Assembly (NCBI RefSeq): GCF_009834535.1
Contig: NC_045696.1
Location: forward strand, 28,894,001 to 28,958,000
DNA length: 64,000 nucleotides
Source: Camelus ferus
Taxonomy: Eukaryota
Direction of reading: 5' to 3'
Made by a program: the position numbers and the translations under genes. Shown here one piece after another: positions 50,001 through 64,000 of the stretch. Position 1 is the first letter of the stretch. Each line of letters starts with the position of its first letter. Below the pieces are notes generated by a model that searched no databases, was not told the origin of the DNA, and saw nothing but the letters and a program-made list of their open reading frames with translations.

Positions 50001-53000
50001 TCACTGCCCATAAAACAATATGAAAAGTGGCACTGTGATGGGTTCAGCAGTTATAACATGTGCTAGCATATTTTCTTGAAAATACTTTCTCTTAAATACC
50101 TAACAAAACAGGTAGCTCATCATGGCTGATGCATATGCAAGTCTGAAATATTTCCTGCATACTTGAAAAGGCCATAAAGGATAGTAAAAGGCTTATAAGT
50201 TGCTAGCATTATTCCAATAATTAAATGCTCAGGAAGTTATACGGTGGCACTTGCAGGTTCCTAGTGCTTGATCCGTAGTCACATAATCATACCCTATAAA
50301 GGATATATGCCTACAGCTTTATAAGGTCTGGATGCTAACAGGCCATCTGTGCCAAAAATCCTAGAGTATTTCAACTGCCTAACATTTAGGTGGTGATGCT
50401 ATTCTGGAACAGTAATCTTTTCAAACTAATACAGTGTTTGAGAAAGATGTTCCCATTCATTCTTACAATGTTAGTGTAATAATGGCAAGTAAGGGAACAC
50501 AAAAATCAAAGCAAGACTCTGTACTTTGAGGGGGACAATTAGTCGTTTACTATTATTCAGTAATGGATAATAGGATAGATTCATTTGAAATGTATGATAC
50601 AGCTGTTTTCAAGCCTTGCTTTAGAATATATGGATAAATATAGCTAAGCATGAGAGCACACACTCTAAATAATCAGCAGACATTCTAAACTTACAAAAAA
50701 TGCTCAACTGAATTTTCACTCTGTCTTATCTGCTACTCTATCACCACAGAAAGCCCAGGGTTAGATCCATTAAAAAATAATAAAACAATAAATAGACTTC
50801 AAATAAATGATTAAATGAATAAAGTACTTTTCTTAACACTAGTTATTTTAAAAAACTAAATGTCAATTTTTTCAAGTCCTTCATTAACGAAATCTGAGAT
50901 TTTTCTTTTTTCTTCATCTCTTTCATCTTCCTTCTCTTTCCTGTGTATTTTCTTCTCCACACTGTCTCCAAGCAACTATTGAAAGATAAGAAAGTGCCGA
51001 AGGATAGGTTTTTAAATTATTTATTACAAGAAAATATCTCACAATTTGAAGAAAAATCAGTAACTAAAAGGAAGTTAAATTTCACAAAGGAGGGAAAATA
51101 AAAAAACAGCTGTGTGACCATGGAATTACTCTAGATAATTCAGGGCAATCAGTCCCAGGCTTGCTCTTTGGAGGAAAAAAAAAGAAAAAGAAAAAAAAAA
51201 AGAAAAAGCAGGTAATAACTTTATTGTGAATATACTACTCAATTTCTCTTTGAAAAAAACACATAAAAGTAGGACAATAATAATTGTCTTAATTTAATTG
51301 TTTCATTTTTGTTTGTATTTTCATAGGAGTTAACATGGTGTATACTATACAGTAAGTACTTGATAGGGTTATTTTTTTTCATTGTGGATAAATACTCCAT
51401 ATCTTTAAAAACAAAGACTGCCTATCTTAGCTCACAATTGCACTGTAACACACTATTAAAATATGCTAAAATGGTGCAGAACTAAAAGTTCATTGTGAGT
51501 AGGATATTAGGCATGAAGGTTGGCTTAAAGTTATTCACCTATTGGTTGCTTGCTCTCAAGGAATTCATTTAAGCTCTGAGGTCTCCTCATCTGTAAATGA
51601 GCACGTTATCAATATAATACCCAGTTCTATTACAAGGATTAAGAAGACAATGACAAATTACTGTGCACACTGTACACAGTAAAATAAATATTTACTAAGA
51701 ATAGATTTATTTTTCTTTCCTGCTACCTCAAGCGTGTGAGGCTCTTGGCTATTTTCCATGAGATGATTGTGGAAATGTAAGTTTGCCCTAGAAGTAAATG
51801 TAAATTGCAACTTGGAGAACATAGTACCAAAAAACTTGGGTGAGACAATCCCAAGATAGGTAAGATGACCCATTAGTAAACATATTTGTAAAGTATTTCT
51901 ATCCTGTTTTGCGCCATGATAGATTGTGTATACTTGCTACTTCAGAAAAATTTTATTGGACATTGAGGAAGATGTTTTTGCTTGTAACTTAATCTCAGAA
52001 ATCAAAATGGAAAGGAAAAGATGTTATGGGACATCTTAACTGTCAATGGTTTGGGGTTTAAAAAAGACTGCCAAGTCACCTCACTCTCAGGAAAACACTG
52101 ACTATGTTTTATCTGTGAAGTATGTCAACATATAAACTTTACAATATTTGTCCCTCCTAAGACCGCTGGAGAGGATTCTGTATTGTTCAGAGTTTTAAAA
52201 TGTTTAAGAACTCTCCCTCTGGTAGTTATCTCAGACTATAAATTAATCTGTTTTTTGAGTAGAAAATAAATTAGCTTTGTTGAAAAATGATATGACTCAT
52301 ATTTGTCCCTTACAGGGCTGAATAACTGACTGCCTGCCCCATGAAAATAAACTGTTCAGTTGGGGCTTATTAAGAAGTAAATCTCTTCTCATCAGTGGCC
52401 AAAAAGTCTCTTAAATAATGTCCTAGTCACTTACAGATGATTAAAACTCTTCATATTACAGTATTATAATCATACAGTATGTCAGAAACTCAGTGTTCTG
52501 GCAACAGTACATTATTTGGACCAAACCTATCCTAATATTTTATAGTTTAACAATTTTGCAAGTTTTCAAATATGCCCACACTTTGGGGCTTCTACTTTTG
52601 TTTAATCCTTATTTAATCACAATTTATTATTCACTGACTGCAAAATTTCTTCATCTTAAAATCTTACCCTTTTTATTGAGATTTCTTATGAGTTTACTAG
52701 GAAATTATTAAACACTTTCATTATTCTAATATGAATTAGAACTCCCAGTGAGCACTATATCTTAACCTAGCTGAACCTGAGGATAACATAATAAACAGGT
52801 ATGGTAATGCATGTTTTCCTATGCAATTGTGTACTTGCAAATTAAGATACTGAGTTTAGCTTGAATTGCCATTTGACTCCATTTTCATCCTAGGCACACG
52901 AGGCTATACGTCTTAGTTATATAAAAGGTTACTATAGTAACATGACTTATAGATCATATGAAAGCCACCCACTTCTCTTCAGAGTATTCATCTAAGTTTC

Positions 53001-53989
53001 TTGGTCCATGGAGATTAATCATAACGAGAACATTTAGGGTTATTAATAGCTGCAAATAATATATCTGTTACTCCTAATAAATTACTTTACTGTAAGCTAA
53101 TGATCAATTATGATAATAACTGAAATAAATGATGAGGTAAATTCTCTACTGGAGCCCAAAATGCTAAGCCACTAACATGAGTGAGATGAATGAGATTCAT
53201 AATATACATTTTTCATTAGGGAATGAATATAATATGTCATCAAAATTTATATGCTGATTGCTACTTAAAAGCAATGTTTGTGATGATTATTTCTGATGTC
53301 CTTTTTCATTTAGGTACATCAGAGAGGTGATTTGGAAGACTGTAAAACAGATTATTTTACCTTCGGTTTTTTTCTTCATTTCTCCTCATTTTGACATTAT
53401 CATATTAATCTAGAAAAGAAAATATCTAGCTAATTTTCTAAATTATATTTTTGCAAAATATATTGTTTCTTATGTAAAACAATTCTAGTGTCATTTAATT
53501 TCCTAATATTCTGAGGGTTGATGGCTTTTATTTTGTTTTTAGAATACAAATGCTTTTAAGAATTTTGTCCATAAATGCACTTAATTTAGATCAAATTATA
53601 TTTAAAACCACATTATTAGAATATCATATTTACTGATTTTCATTTGATTCTTGAAAACACCACTGATAGTTCAAAGAATTGTGGATCAATAGAATAAGTC
53701 CTGTATTACTGTCTGTCTCTATCATAGCAACGTTTGGGCCTTGAGCAAGTCACCTATCATCTCTTAGGCATTTTTATTTATAGGTAGGCTAGAATAAATG
53801 TTAAGTGTTCTATATATTTTAAGGAACTTTTTTTCATCCTCCATTGTTTTTCTATGATGTTGACAGGAATATAATGCGTGAAAAAGATTGATAGAAGTTC
53901 AAAATGTGTAGGAGGGAACAGATTTATCCTCCCTACAGAAGTAAGTAAAACCTTAACAAACTATGAGGAGCAAAAAAAAAAAAAGTGTG

Positions 53990-55060
53990 CAGACTTAGGA
54001 CATTAGGCAGTAGAGGATAGTTTGTAATCCCACCAGTAAGGTGGAAAATCCTTATAATTTAAAGGGCATTGGGTAAGTGTTCAGAAGGTTATTGCCTCAA
54101 CAGTTGGGAAAAATTAGCTTTTGACTAAAGGCTGCTCTGGTCCTGCTTAACAGAGTTTATATGTCAACTTACAAGGATCAGATCATTTCTGAGGAATTTA
54201 CCACACTCCAAAGTAAAGTAAAAGTATTTATAAGAGTACAAAACTATTCACCACCAAACAAGGTAAAATTCACAATATCTGCTATCCAGTAAGAAATTAC
54301 AAGCCACTCAAAGGAGGAAAATACGGCCCATAATGGGGAGAAAAATCAATCAATGGAAACAGACATGGAAAGATGATGGGATTAATAGGATAAAACATTA
54401 AAAGGGCTATTAATGCTTTAGGTAATAGGAATAGGAACACTTGATCATGTTAAATAGAAATGCAGAAGATATAAAAATGACAAAAACCAAACTTCTGGTG
54501 ATGAAAATGATCATATGTGAGATTAAACAATTTTACCAAGATAGGATTTACAGCAGATTAGACACTGTCAAAGAAAAGTTTCACAAACATAGAGACATAG
54601 CAGTAGACAACAAACTATATGGAGAACAAAGTCTAACAAAACAAAAATGGACAGAAACTCATGTCTGAGGAAAGTATTACCCTGACACCTAAGTTTAGAA
54701 AAAGAAATCTCAAGAAAATTAACCTACATGCCAACATCCCTAATCAGCATATGCAAAAATCATCAACAAAATATTATTAGACCAAATCCAGCAACATATA
54801 AATAGAAATATGCACAATGTTCAACTGACTGTAATTAAAAAACAAGTTAATCAAGGTCAGATGATACAATGTCAATATTTATATTATCTTTCTATATAAT
54901 GGCAGTAAACAATAAGAAAAATTTTAAGAAAATATTAACAATAATACATAAAATTTCATTAACCATAATACCTCAAAAAGAATAAAATAATAAAGAATAA
55001 ATGTAACAAAGTGATTGGATTTTCATGGGTTGGAAGATTCATTTTACTAAAGATATGTGA
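53990..55060 (+). mobile_element. Old L1 fragments (5'/ORF1-like then ORF2-like)
   Basis: 'ccaaacaaggtaaaattcacaatatctgctatccag', 'cagcagattagacactg', 'atgcaaaaatcatcaacaaaatattattagaccaaatccagcaacatata'. Confidence 0.75.
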
Positions 55061-55069
55061 TACATCAAA

Positions 55070-55300
55070 GAGAGGAGGAAAGGGGAAAGGGACAAATTAG
55101 GGTTATGTAATTAACAGATACAAACCATTATGTATAGGACAGATAAGTAACAAGGATATATTGTACAGCACAGGGAATTATAGCCATTATCTTGCCATAA
55201 CCTATAATGGAGTACAGTCTGCAAAAATACTGAAACCTATGCTGGACACTTGAAACTAACATAATATTGTAAATCTACTATACTTCAATTAATAAAAAAG
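55070..55300 (+). mobile_element. L1 3' tail (L1_Art-like), inserted in older L1
   Basis: 'gggacaaattagggttatgtaattaacagatacaaacc...caaggatatattgtacagcacagggaattatagcc...tgaaactaacataatattgtaaatctactatacttcaattaataaaaaa'. Confidence 0.88.
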
Positions 55301-55580
55301 CAAAAGATGCTCAACGACATTAGTCATTAGGAAAATGTAAGTCAAAACTACAGTGAAATGCCATATCACATCCGCTAGCATGATTACAACAGAAAGGCAG
55401 TAACAGGCATCAATGAGAATGTGGACAAACTGGAACCTTCATACATTGCTATTAGGTATGTTAAGCATTGCAGCCACTTTATAAATGATTTGTTTCAAAA
55501 TGTTTAAAATACATTTATTATATGAACAAGAAATCCTACGTTTATTTACCTTAAATAGTGAAAACAAATATCCAAATAGC
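55301..55580 (+). mobile_element. Old L1 ORF2 3' fragment
   Basis: 'aaagatgctcaacgacattagtcattaggaaaatgtaagtcaaaactacagtgaaatgcc', 'gagaatgtggacaaactggaaccttcatacattgct'. Confidence 0.8.
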
Positions 55581-57489
55581 TGATTATGAACACTTCTAGC
55601 AAAATGATTCCTAACAGACACCTCTTGATGAGGCTGTCTAAAGGTTTATCAGTTTTACCGATCTTTAAAAAAAAAAAAAAAAAAGCTGAGTTGTATTGAT
55701 ATTTTCTATTGTTTTTTAGGTCTCTATTTTATTTATTTCTTCTCCGATCTTTATTATTTCCTTCCTTTTTTAGTCTCTCTCTCTTTTTTCCCTTAATTTC
55801 TTTAGATGAAAATCATCTTGTATATATATTTAAACAGTGCTGTGGGGGTCCTTCTCCTAGGGACATGGTCAGGACTTCTGGCAATGGGTTCTGAATCCAA
55901 AAATTGTCTCTATTTGGGAACTGAGAAAAGGATTATTGGGGGAAAACTTCCCATGGATTTCACTTTTACCCAAAATTGTGAATAAAAGTACTGATTCCCT
56001 TGTATTGGACTATCAAGGGTGTTCCTATAGAAAACAGCCTTTAAAGATAAAGTATATTTTTCCATAGCAGAGAGTAGATTTGTTTAGTACTCAACATAAA
56101 AAAACTTAGATTTGCTACGTTCAGAGTTTCCTTCTTGCAGTGCAACTTGTGTGCAAGTATCCCCGACTTTCTTGCTGTCACTCTATGCAAATTGGGACTT
56201 AGATGGCTTTCCTCCAAAATGCTGATACTTTGGCTACTACTCTTGCTGCAAAACATCAAGACCAGTATGTGATATCAAAGCAGTATTACCATCTGTTTAC
56301 CAAAATTAGTAAGTTTACTTGAGAAAATTCTTCCAGGCCAATCCTAGGTCTAACCAATTCCAACACTGGGGAATATTCCTGTCATGTCATGTATGAATTA
56401 TCCATCACGTTAAGATTGGTCAATAACTATTGATGTTACCTTTTGTTCCCTGCACCTTTACTGAGACATAATTGACATGCTGCCTTTTTTATATAAATAC
56501 ACATTAAAAATTTAAATAAGAATAAAAGACTACATTTAGGGCAAAAGGAGGATAATCTTTTAAAAGTTTCCAAGATTAAATGGCAGCAACAATTTTCATT
56601 CTTATTATTTTGAATAAGTATTATCAGGAAAAGAGACTAATGAAAAATTTCATAAAATCCAATTGAGCTGTGATTTTATGGACAACAGGTAACAATTATA
56701 ATTCTGAGGTTAAACAATATTTAACACAATTAAGTGTCTTGTCATTTATTTTACTACTGCATATGTTTATTATTGCTAGATGTAATGGTAGACTAAAATT
56801 GTGACTAGATGTATGAATGACTCGACAGAAAATTGACTTTAATTTTAGTGTTGTCATCGTTCAAAGATAAACTGCATTCTTTATGTATTGTCATACTAGT
56901 ACCTCATTAAGAATGCTGCACTGGATTTTAAAAAAGTAAAATAAAAGCAGATAGACATATTAACTAGTCAGACATTCAGAACATTCTCCCATCTAAGTAT
57001 TTTTTTCCCCATCATTATTGATTTTGGCCCAGAGATAAACCCAGTCACTGTGAGTGATAAACTATCACCAAGTCCCATTGACTTTTTTCTCTTCCTGCCG
57101 TAGTTTTTGTCAGGTCAATGAATTATCCTTGGCTTATACTTTGCTCTCTAAGGCATAAATCAAGATTTTTTAAGAATGTTAGATCCTCACATGTTTGGAG
57201 GGATAAAATCAAGTATCGTCTAAAGAGAATATCTCTGTTTTTGTTTATTTGAAATATCTTGCTCTGATTCATAGAAAATCAATATAATTGCTATTCATTA
57301 ATGATCAGAAGTGGTTTATTTTCATAAATTTCGAATTTGTTAAAGAACAGAAAAGGTTTGTTTTTGTTTTACTCATTCACTTCTAATTTGATAGTCATAC
57401 TGATATAAATGACTTTTGAAATTGCAATTAGTAAAGATTAAAAGCTACAATGTTACTATTAATAATCACAAACTTTTATTAAACTTTTA

Positions 57490-57730
57490 GCTTTTGCCAG
57501 ATGCTGTATTAAGTACTATACACGTGTATATCTGTCTATCATCATCATAATTATCTACTGATCTATCTATCTGAAGGATTCCTCTAAGTCTAAGAAATAG
57601 ATACTGTCATTATCTCTATTTAATAAAGGTAAAAATGAGGCAATGAGGCAATGAGGCTATGGAACCTGTCCATATTAACAAATTAAGTACGAGACAAAAA
57701 TCAGAATCCAGGTCATCTTGTTTATTGTCT
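57490..57730 (-). mobile_element. MIR SINE
   Basis: 'tgccagatgctgtattaagtact', 'tagatactgtcattatctctattt...aaaatgaggc'; includes (aatgaggc)x3. Confidence 0.7.
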
Positions 57731-58659
57731 GTAGGTTTTTAACAATTACATGATATATATATGGCCTCTTTAATGTAACAGCAGAGCTATATGGAGTGGT
57801 TATTAAATATTCTATTTAAATTTTAAAAGTACTGATATTTAGATTAAGCTCTCTAAGATTATCATTCTATTAAAAGAAACACAAAAATAACAAAATACAC
57901 TAAAAATAAAATAAGAAGTGATTTAACTCGAAACAAGGTGATAGTTCTACGAAACAGGTACTGCAATGGCTTAAAAGTAATTACATCAGTGGCTTAGCAT
58001 TTACCTTTAGATAAGGCTAGAGTTTGGACCCTCTCTCTCACCCAGTAATTGCTCCTCCCCGTCAGACTAGTTCACTCACATTTTTTCATTGTCATGGTAA
58101 TGTTTCATTTTCTGGCTATAAACAATTCATCTGGTATTGTGTAATTTTTAGCAAATAAACGTAACTTAGAATAATGCTATTAACATTTTTTTCTATAAAT
58201 TATACTGAATATAATCTTTTGATTTTTTGGCAAACATATTTCTTATGTATCATTTCTATTAATGGGATCAAAATTTTCCCAAGCATTACCTACACTATAC
58301 AAAAAGTTTACCAAATACCAATTTTCTAATTATCTTTCAATGACATTTTCTCACAAGCCAGTGTAACACAGACATTTAAGTTTTCACCAAAAGCCGAATA
58401 ATTCAGTACAATTGTAACATAAAAACCTTATTGTTAATGCATGTGGTATTTTCACATTATTCAACATTTTGCAAATGGATCATCAACTTCTATATATTCT
58501 TTCTCAAACCTTGTTTGAGGAACAGGAGTCAAAGAGAAAGCTAACATAGGTATAATAGGAATGTTGAGAAAAATCAAAGGACAATAAAACAGGAAAAAAA
58601 ATCTTTAAAAAAATGTAACAAAACTTAAAACAACAAATTAAAATGCCATATGACACGTG

Positions 58660-59255
58660 GATTCAGGGCAACCTGATAAATGCTCTTTCTAAAACATGTC
58701 ATATCATGCCCTTTCCTTGCCTAAAACTTTTATATTTCTTTTCACTGCACTTCAAATTAAACTCTAGTTCTTTATTTTGGGTGCAAGTCAATATAGAAGC
58801 TACGTTTCCCCTGAACTGAGCTCTTACTCCTCAATGTTGTTTTTCACACTAGAGCCACAATGGCCTCTTTTCTTGTCAAAAACACATCAAGCTTATTCCT
58901 GCCTTATTCATGTTATTATTTTCTGAAACAAAAAGCTCATTTGTCCATGACCTTCTTGTATGACTTATTTTTGTATCTTTTTAGATTTCCCATTTAAATG
59001 TAAACTTCTTAGCGAGGCTTTCTCTAAACACCCAATCTAAATAGCCCCATATGTCACTATCACATCTCTCTACCTACTGCCTTTATTGAACTTGTCACTT
59101 CCTTAAGTTATTGGCCATTTATCTGTTTCCATTTTACTGGCTGCATTCTCACCTCTGAAGTGTAAGTTTTGTGAGGGTAAGGATCTTGCATATCATATTC
59201 ACTGCTATAACCTTAGTATGACACACCTAAATAAATGCTCAATAAATATTTGCAA
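58660..59255 (+). mobile_element. L2 3' end
   Basis: 'gaggctttctctaaacacccaatctaaa', 'tgtaagttttgtgagggtaaggatcttg...tattcactgcta...tgctcaataaatatttg'. Confidence 0.8.
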
Positions 59256-59574
59256 AATTAAGGGAAAAATGGACATTTAGAAATAGACTATGTTTTACTC
59301 TATCATTATTGAAACAAAACAGTTTTAGTCACTCCTCCACTTTCCTGTGACTTATGAGCATGATGACTTAAGAAGACAGCCATTTGGAATAACAAATCTT
59401 AAACAAGAATATCAAGATAAGCGAAAACAGTGTGAGTTGATGTGATAAGTACCATGAATTAAAATTATGGGCTCTTTTATCACACTGATTAGTTCTTTAA
59501 ATGTTGAGTGACTCACAGGAATGCTGTCCTTTTAAGTTAAATAGCAATGTTTGATCATTTCTTTTAAAAACTTT

Positions 59575-60207
59575 GTATTTTTATTCCTGTGTAACAAATT
59601 ACTGCAAACCTAGTGACTTGAAAAATGCCCATGCATTTGCTCAAAATTCTGAAGGTCAGAAATCTGGACATGGCATGACTGTTTTCCTCTCAGGGCCAGA
59701 AAAGGGAAAAATGAAGGTGCTGGCCAGGTAGTTTTCTCATTTAGAGCTCTGCATCCGATTCTAAGCTCACTTAGTTGTGGAAGAATTACATTAAATTTCT
59801 TATAGTTATGGGGCTGAAGTCCTTGTTTCCTTGCTGGCTATCAATTAAAAGTCATTCTTTTAATGCCGTCTTTTATGCCATTTTTATTCCTTTCCAGATG
59901 TTTCCCTTTATCTTGAAAGACAAATCTCCCTCATTATCCCTCATGTCAAATCCCTCTCACACTTCTAATCTGTCTAAGGATTCGCCTGATTAGGCCAGGC
60001 TCACCAATGTCGCCAATTTGTCAATGCCTTTCCCCACCTCCCTCTCTCTGTCTAGGAATCAACTATGCCATCTAACATAGCCTAGTCACAGGAGTTATCA
60101 TCCACTACATTCATAGTTTAGGAACACACTCAAGGAGGGGAGGAAAGTTATACAATATTATCAGCAAGCACAAATTTTAGAGACCAATGTAGAATTCTTC
60201 CTACCAT
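59575..60207 (-). mobile_element. MaLR LTR, MLT1E-like
   Basis: 'ctgtgtaacaaattactgcaaacctagtgactt', 'ggggctgaagtccttgtttccttgctggct', end 'tagaattcttcctaccata'. Confidence 0.8.
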
Positions 60208-61091
60208 AAAGTGATATTTCCTTGTATTTAATTAATGTATACATTTTAGAAATAATGACATAGATTTAGCTGTTAAAATAAATAAAATTGTTATAATTAT
60301 AGGCAATGGAATGTTAAATCAGTAAATAGGAAAATTTACATATATATATCATTTATACATAGATTGTTAAAGTCTTAGGTACAGGACAAGTTGATCATAA
60401 ATTGTATCATTCTTGGGTGCTTCTAAAACATACTCAAATAAGTGTAATTTGCAGTTAACAGTATCTGTATGTGCATGACACTTTATCATTGAATGAGTAC
60501 TTACAGATATTTAATTAACATCCAAGAGATAACCAGTTTGCTTCATAATTAACTGAAATTTAGATGAGCTTCAATTCTATAATTAGATTATAATTTATAC
60601 ATTAAATCTGGAATGGCAAAATATTACCTGTTTATTAAGCATGGAAGTAGGAAAAACGGTTTTGAACCAATTAGTCACGTGAAGAACACATAATATATTT
60701 TTGTTTTATAGAGATTTCCCTGTCTGTTGAATTGAGAAGGAACCTGCTAAATCTGCAACAGTGCAGTGCAGTGAGAATATTATGATTCAACTCTTTATCC
60801 TTGTTTATCTTGTTCACAGCAAGAAGCCTAAATCAGGATCATTCTTCAACTCTCACTCTAATCCCTGATTGTGGTGGATATTCCCCATTCTAACCTTATC
60901 TGTTACCTTCTTCCTAACTTCTGAAATGGTACACTTGGATTTGAAACTCTCACAGAATGTTTCCACTTTTTACTATAACTTACAATTGACTTTCCCTGAA
61001 GACACTGCTTTCCCTAGAAGGTCTCAAGTGGTGGGTTTTTCCCTTTATATCTTTGGTAACACTAGGTCTTCAGATGTTGTAAGTGTTCTCC

Positions 61092-61505
61092 TTTTGTATC
61101 CTGCAACTTTACCAAATTCATTGATCAGCTTTAGTAGTTTTCTGGTAGAGTCTTTAGGATTTTCTATTATAGTATCATGCCATCTGCAGTGACAGTTTTA
61201 CTTCTTTTCCAGTTTGGATTGCTTTTATTTCTTTTTCTTCTCTGATTACTGTGGCTAGGATCTCCAAAACTATTTTGAAATAAAAGAGGTGAGAGGGGGC
61301 ATCCCTGTCTTGTTCCTGATCTTAGAGGAAATGCTTTCAGCTTTTCACCATTGAGTATGATGTTAGCTGTGGGGTTGCCATATATAGTCTTTATTATGTT
61401 GAGGTATGTTCCCTCTATGCCCACTTCCTGGGGAGTTTTTAATCATAAATGGATGTTGAATTTTATCAAAAGCTTTTTCTGTATCTATTGAGATGATCAT
61501 ATTAT
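61092..61505 (-). mobile_element. Relatively young L1 ORF2 reverse-transcriptase fragment (inverted part)
   Basis: ORF 61167-61424 '[48 protein letters not shown]' is the L1 RT motif. Confidence 0.95.
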
Positions 61506-61507
61506 TT

Positions 61508-61557
61508 CCTGAAAACTAATACAACATTGTAAATTAACTATTTTTCAGTTTAAAAAA
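61508..61557 (+). mobile_element. L1 extreme 3' tail, in opposite orientation to the adjacent RT fragment
   Basis: 'cctgaaaactaatacaacattgtaaattaactatttttcagtttaaaaaa'; homologous to 55250-55295. Confidence 0.8.
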
Positions 61558-64000
61558 TCAAAGGCCAAATGTTAGCCAAAATGCTCCCAAGAAGGATTGC
61601 CCTACCTAGTCTATGAGAATTAGACAATAAGTAAGAGTGTAGATATAATCAAATACACCAAAAATATCCATGCATATTGGAGACAATATAGGAAGAGGCA
61701 GTGTTAAAATCAATGAAAAAAAAAAGACAACAAATGATGCTGCAACAAGTGACTATACATTCAAGACAAAAAATTAAATCACTACCTCTCATCATTCACA
61801 AAATAAATTATAGATGTACTAAAGACCTAAATATACAATTTTTTCAAAATTAGAAGAAAATACAGAATATCTTCATGAACTCACAGTTAAATAAAAATTA
61901 CTAGATAAGACATGGAGAGCAGAAAACAAAACAAAACAAAAACAAAGAAGTACTAGACTTGACTACAATAATTTTTAAAAACAATTGTTAATGACAGAAA
62001 CCAAAAACAAAACTGAAAGACAAGAGTCTGGGAAAAGTAATTCCTCTTCCTCCAAAAAAAAAGGGGGAAAAAGTATTCCTAATACATAAGAAATATACAT
62101 AACCAAAATTCTGTTAAAGATTTTAAAATAAATTATATTAAGGCATGTATGTGTAAAGGTGATGTGAATTCTTGTTGAGCTTCTAGTTCTCATGTTGAAT
62201 GATGGACTCATGTGTTTACTATATTATTAAAAATAAGCAACAGCAGTCAAAAAATTAAAACACAATAAGTTGACAATAAATTCTTAACTGGTGATATCTG
62301 CCAAGAAGATAAAAATAAATTAACAAAAACTCCAGAACTACTTTTAATAATCATGTCTTGGTATTAACATTGGATATTAATTTGAAACTGTAATATATGG
62401 TGCAGCATATATCAAAGAATAATCATACTAATATTATGATGTTCAAAACTGAAATATGTATATGTATATACATGTCATATATGTATATAATTAAATAATA
62501 TAATTCTATAATTCATAAAGCTGAATTCAAAATATAACTATAAACTTACAACAGATTAAATCTTATTTACAAAAAATACTGCTTTTCCACTACTTTTAAA
62601 GTCTAAGGGCAATCCAATAGTAAAGAGAACCCATAGCACACAAATTTCTAGTAACCAAAGGGTCTTAGAGAAAAAGCTGATCTTAGGGATGGTAAAGAAA
62701 ATGAAGATAATGTTAGGTAATGAGCTGTAATAACTTGTCTTCTATAATAACTTGTCTTATCAGACAGCTAGGAAGCTTATAAAAAGTGCTAAGATTTTAT
62801 CAAGAGGACTCAGGAGCCAACAAGATAAGGCTCTGTCAAGATTTAAAAACTTAACCATCAATTAAGGACAGTAACCACAATGAATTAATCAGATAAAACA
62901 TGTTAAACTCAATGAGATCATAAATGTAAAACATTACTAATTATGATATTAAAAGAATGAAAGGAATTAATATTTTATTTTTGTAACTAAAATAAAAAAA
63001 AAGAATCAGATATTTAGGCTTATTTTTAGCATAAAATTTCTTTCAAGGTAACCACATAACTGATGAGGGAGGATTTCTCTTTAAGAAAGTGCTTTACATG
63101 GGAATGCAGAAAGAGTAATCAGTCGGAAATAAGGAAAAAAAAAAAAACTTGAAACTGATAAGAGGTTTAAACCTAAGCCTTATTGCTAGCATTACAGTTA
63201 CTAATAAAATTTTCTTGTTTCCTAAATCAAGAGCAAGGAAGGATGTTTCATTTTACTTCTATTCAGCATTTTAATTTAGGTTCTAGCAAATACACTGAGG
63301 CACAAAAAGGCATAAATATTGGAAAGAGATATAGAAGCTCTCCTCTGTTGATTACATGATTAATAATGTAAAAGTCACAAAGGAATCTACAGACAAGCTA
63401 TCTGATATAAATGAATTTTAGCAAGGTCTCTAAATAAATGACTATAAGATTAGTATTAAATTTTAAAAATTACATGTTAGCAACAAACAACTGAAAAATT
63501 CAATTTAAAACTATCATTTATATTAGTGTCAACAAATACTTAATACCAAACAACAAATTTGAGAATTCATAAATTCAACTAAATTCACAAATTCAGCAAA
63601 AAATGTAAGACATTTTTATTGAGCACTGTAACATATTGATGAAAGAGATTAATGAAGACCTAAATACAAAATAAACATATCAATTAATCAGAAGACTCAA
63701 TATTCTTAGAACAATTATTTCCACATTGAGTCACCACAAATCATTTTTTTGTTGAAATGGATACATAAAAATGTAAAGGACCTATAATATACCAGGGTAT
63801 CAAAAACGAAAGGGAGAGAGAGAAGGAATGAGTTAGATAGAAAGACTTGCATTACATGGTTTCAAACCTCCATATAAAAATACATTAAATAAGGTAATAC
63901 ATATTGGTGTAAAGAATGGAACATAGTGGAGAGTCAAAAAAACAGACCCACATATATATATAGTCATTCAAGCATTTCTTGACATAGATGCCAATCAATA
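61558..64000 (+). mobile_element. Cluster of old decayed L1M fragments (ORF2 and 3' regions)
   Basis: 'actaaagacctaaatat', 'ttcctaaatcaagagcaaggaaggatg', 'aaggaatctacagacaagcta', 'gaaagagattaatgaagacctaaat', 'gaagactcaatatt'. Confidence 0.7.

Overview
AT-rich, CpG-poor mammalian genomic DNA, most likely from a camelid (alpaca, llama or camel). Two copies of a tRNA-Ala(AGC)-derived SINE fit the camelid Vic-1 type, Cetartiodactyla-type L1 3' tails are present, and I saw no Bov-A, PRE1, Alu or B1 SINEs. I found no credible host protein-coding exon. The listed ORFs are chance ORFs, microsatellite read-throughs or decayed retroelement frames (ERV-L pol/dUTPase at about 33.0-34.7 kb, L1 ORF2 RT at about 61.1-61.5 kb). 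The window looks intergenic or deep-intronic and is dominated by interspersed repeats: L1 of several ages, L2, MIR, MaLR (MLT1), ERV-L, a Tigger-type MITE and several younger ERV1-like solo LTRs. The most notable structure is a retroelement hotspot at about 26.1-28.9 kb. It holds (i) an LTR U3-R copy apparently retroposed by L1 (poly(A) tail, about 14-bp TSD, TT/AAAA site), (ii) a 323-bp solo LTR with a perfect 4-bp TSD, and (iii) a three-level nest whose innermost LTR carries seven CCAAT boxes and two octamer sites. Several repeat-free, motif-dense islands (about 6.5-6.8, 15.3-15.9, 24.6-25.0 with a CTCF-like motif, and 49.4-50.3 kb) are candidate regulatory elements. I see no firm evidence of a new biological system. 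Repeat subfamily names come from recalled consensus sequences, not a database search, and boundaries of old repeats are approximate.
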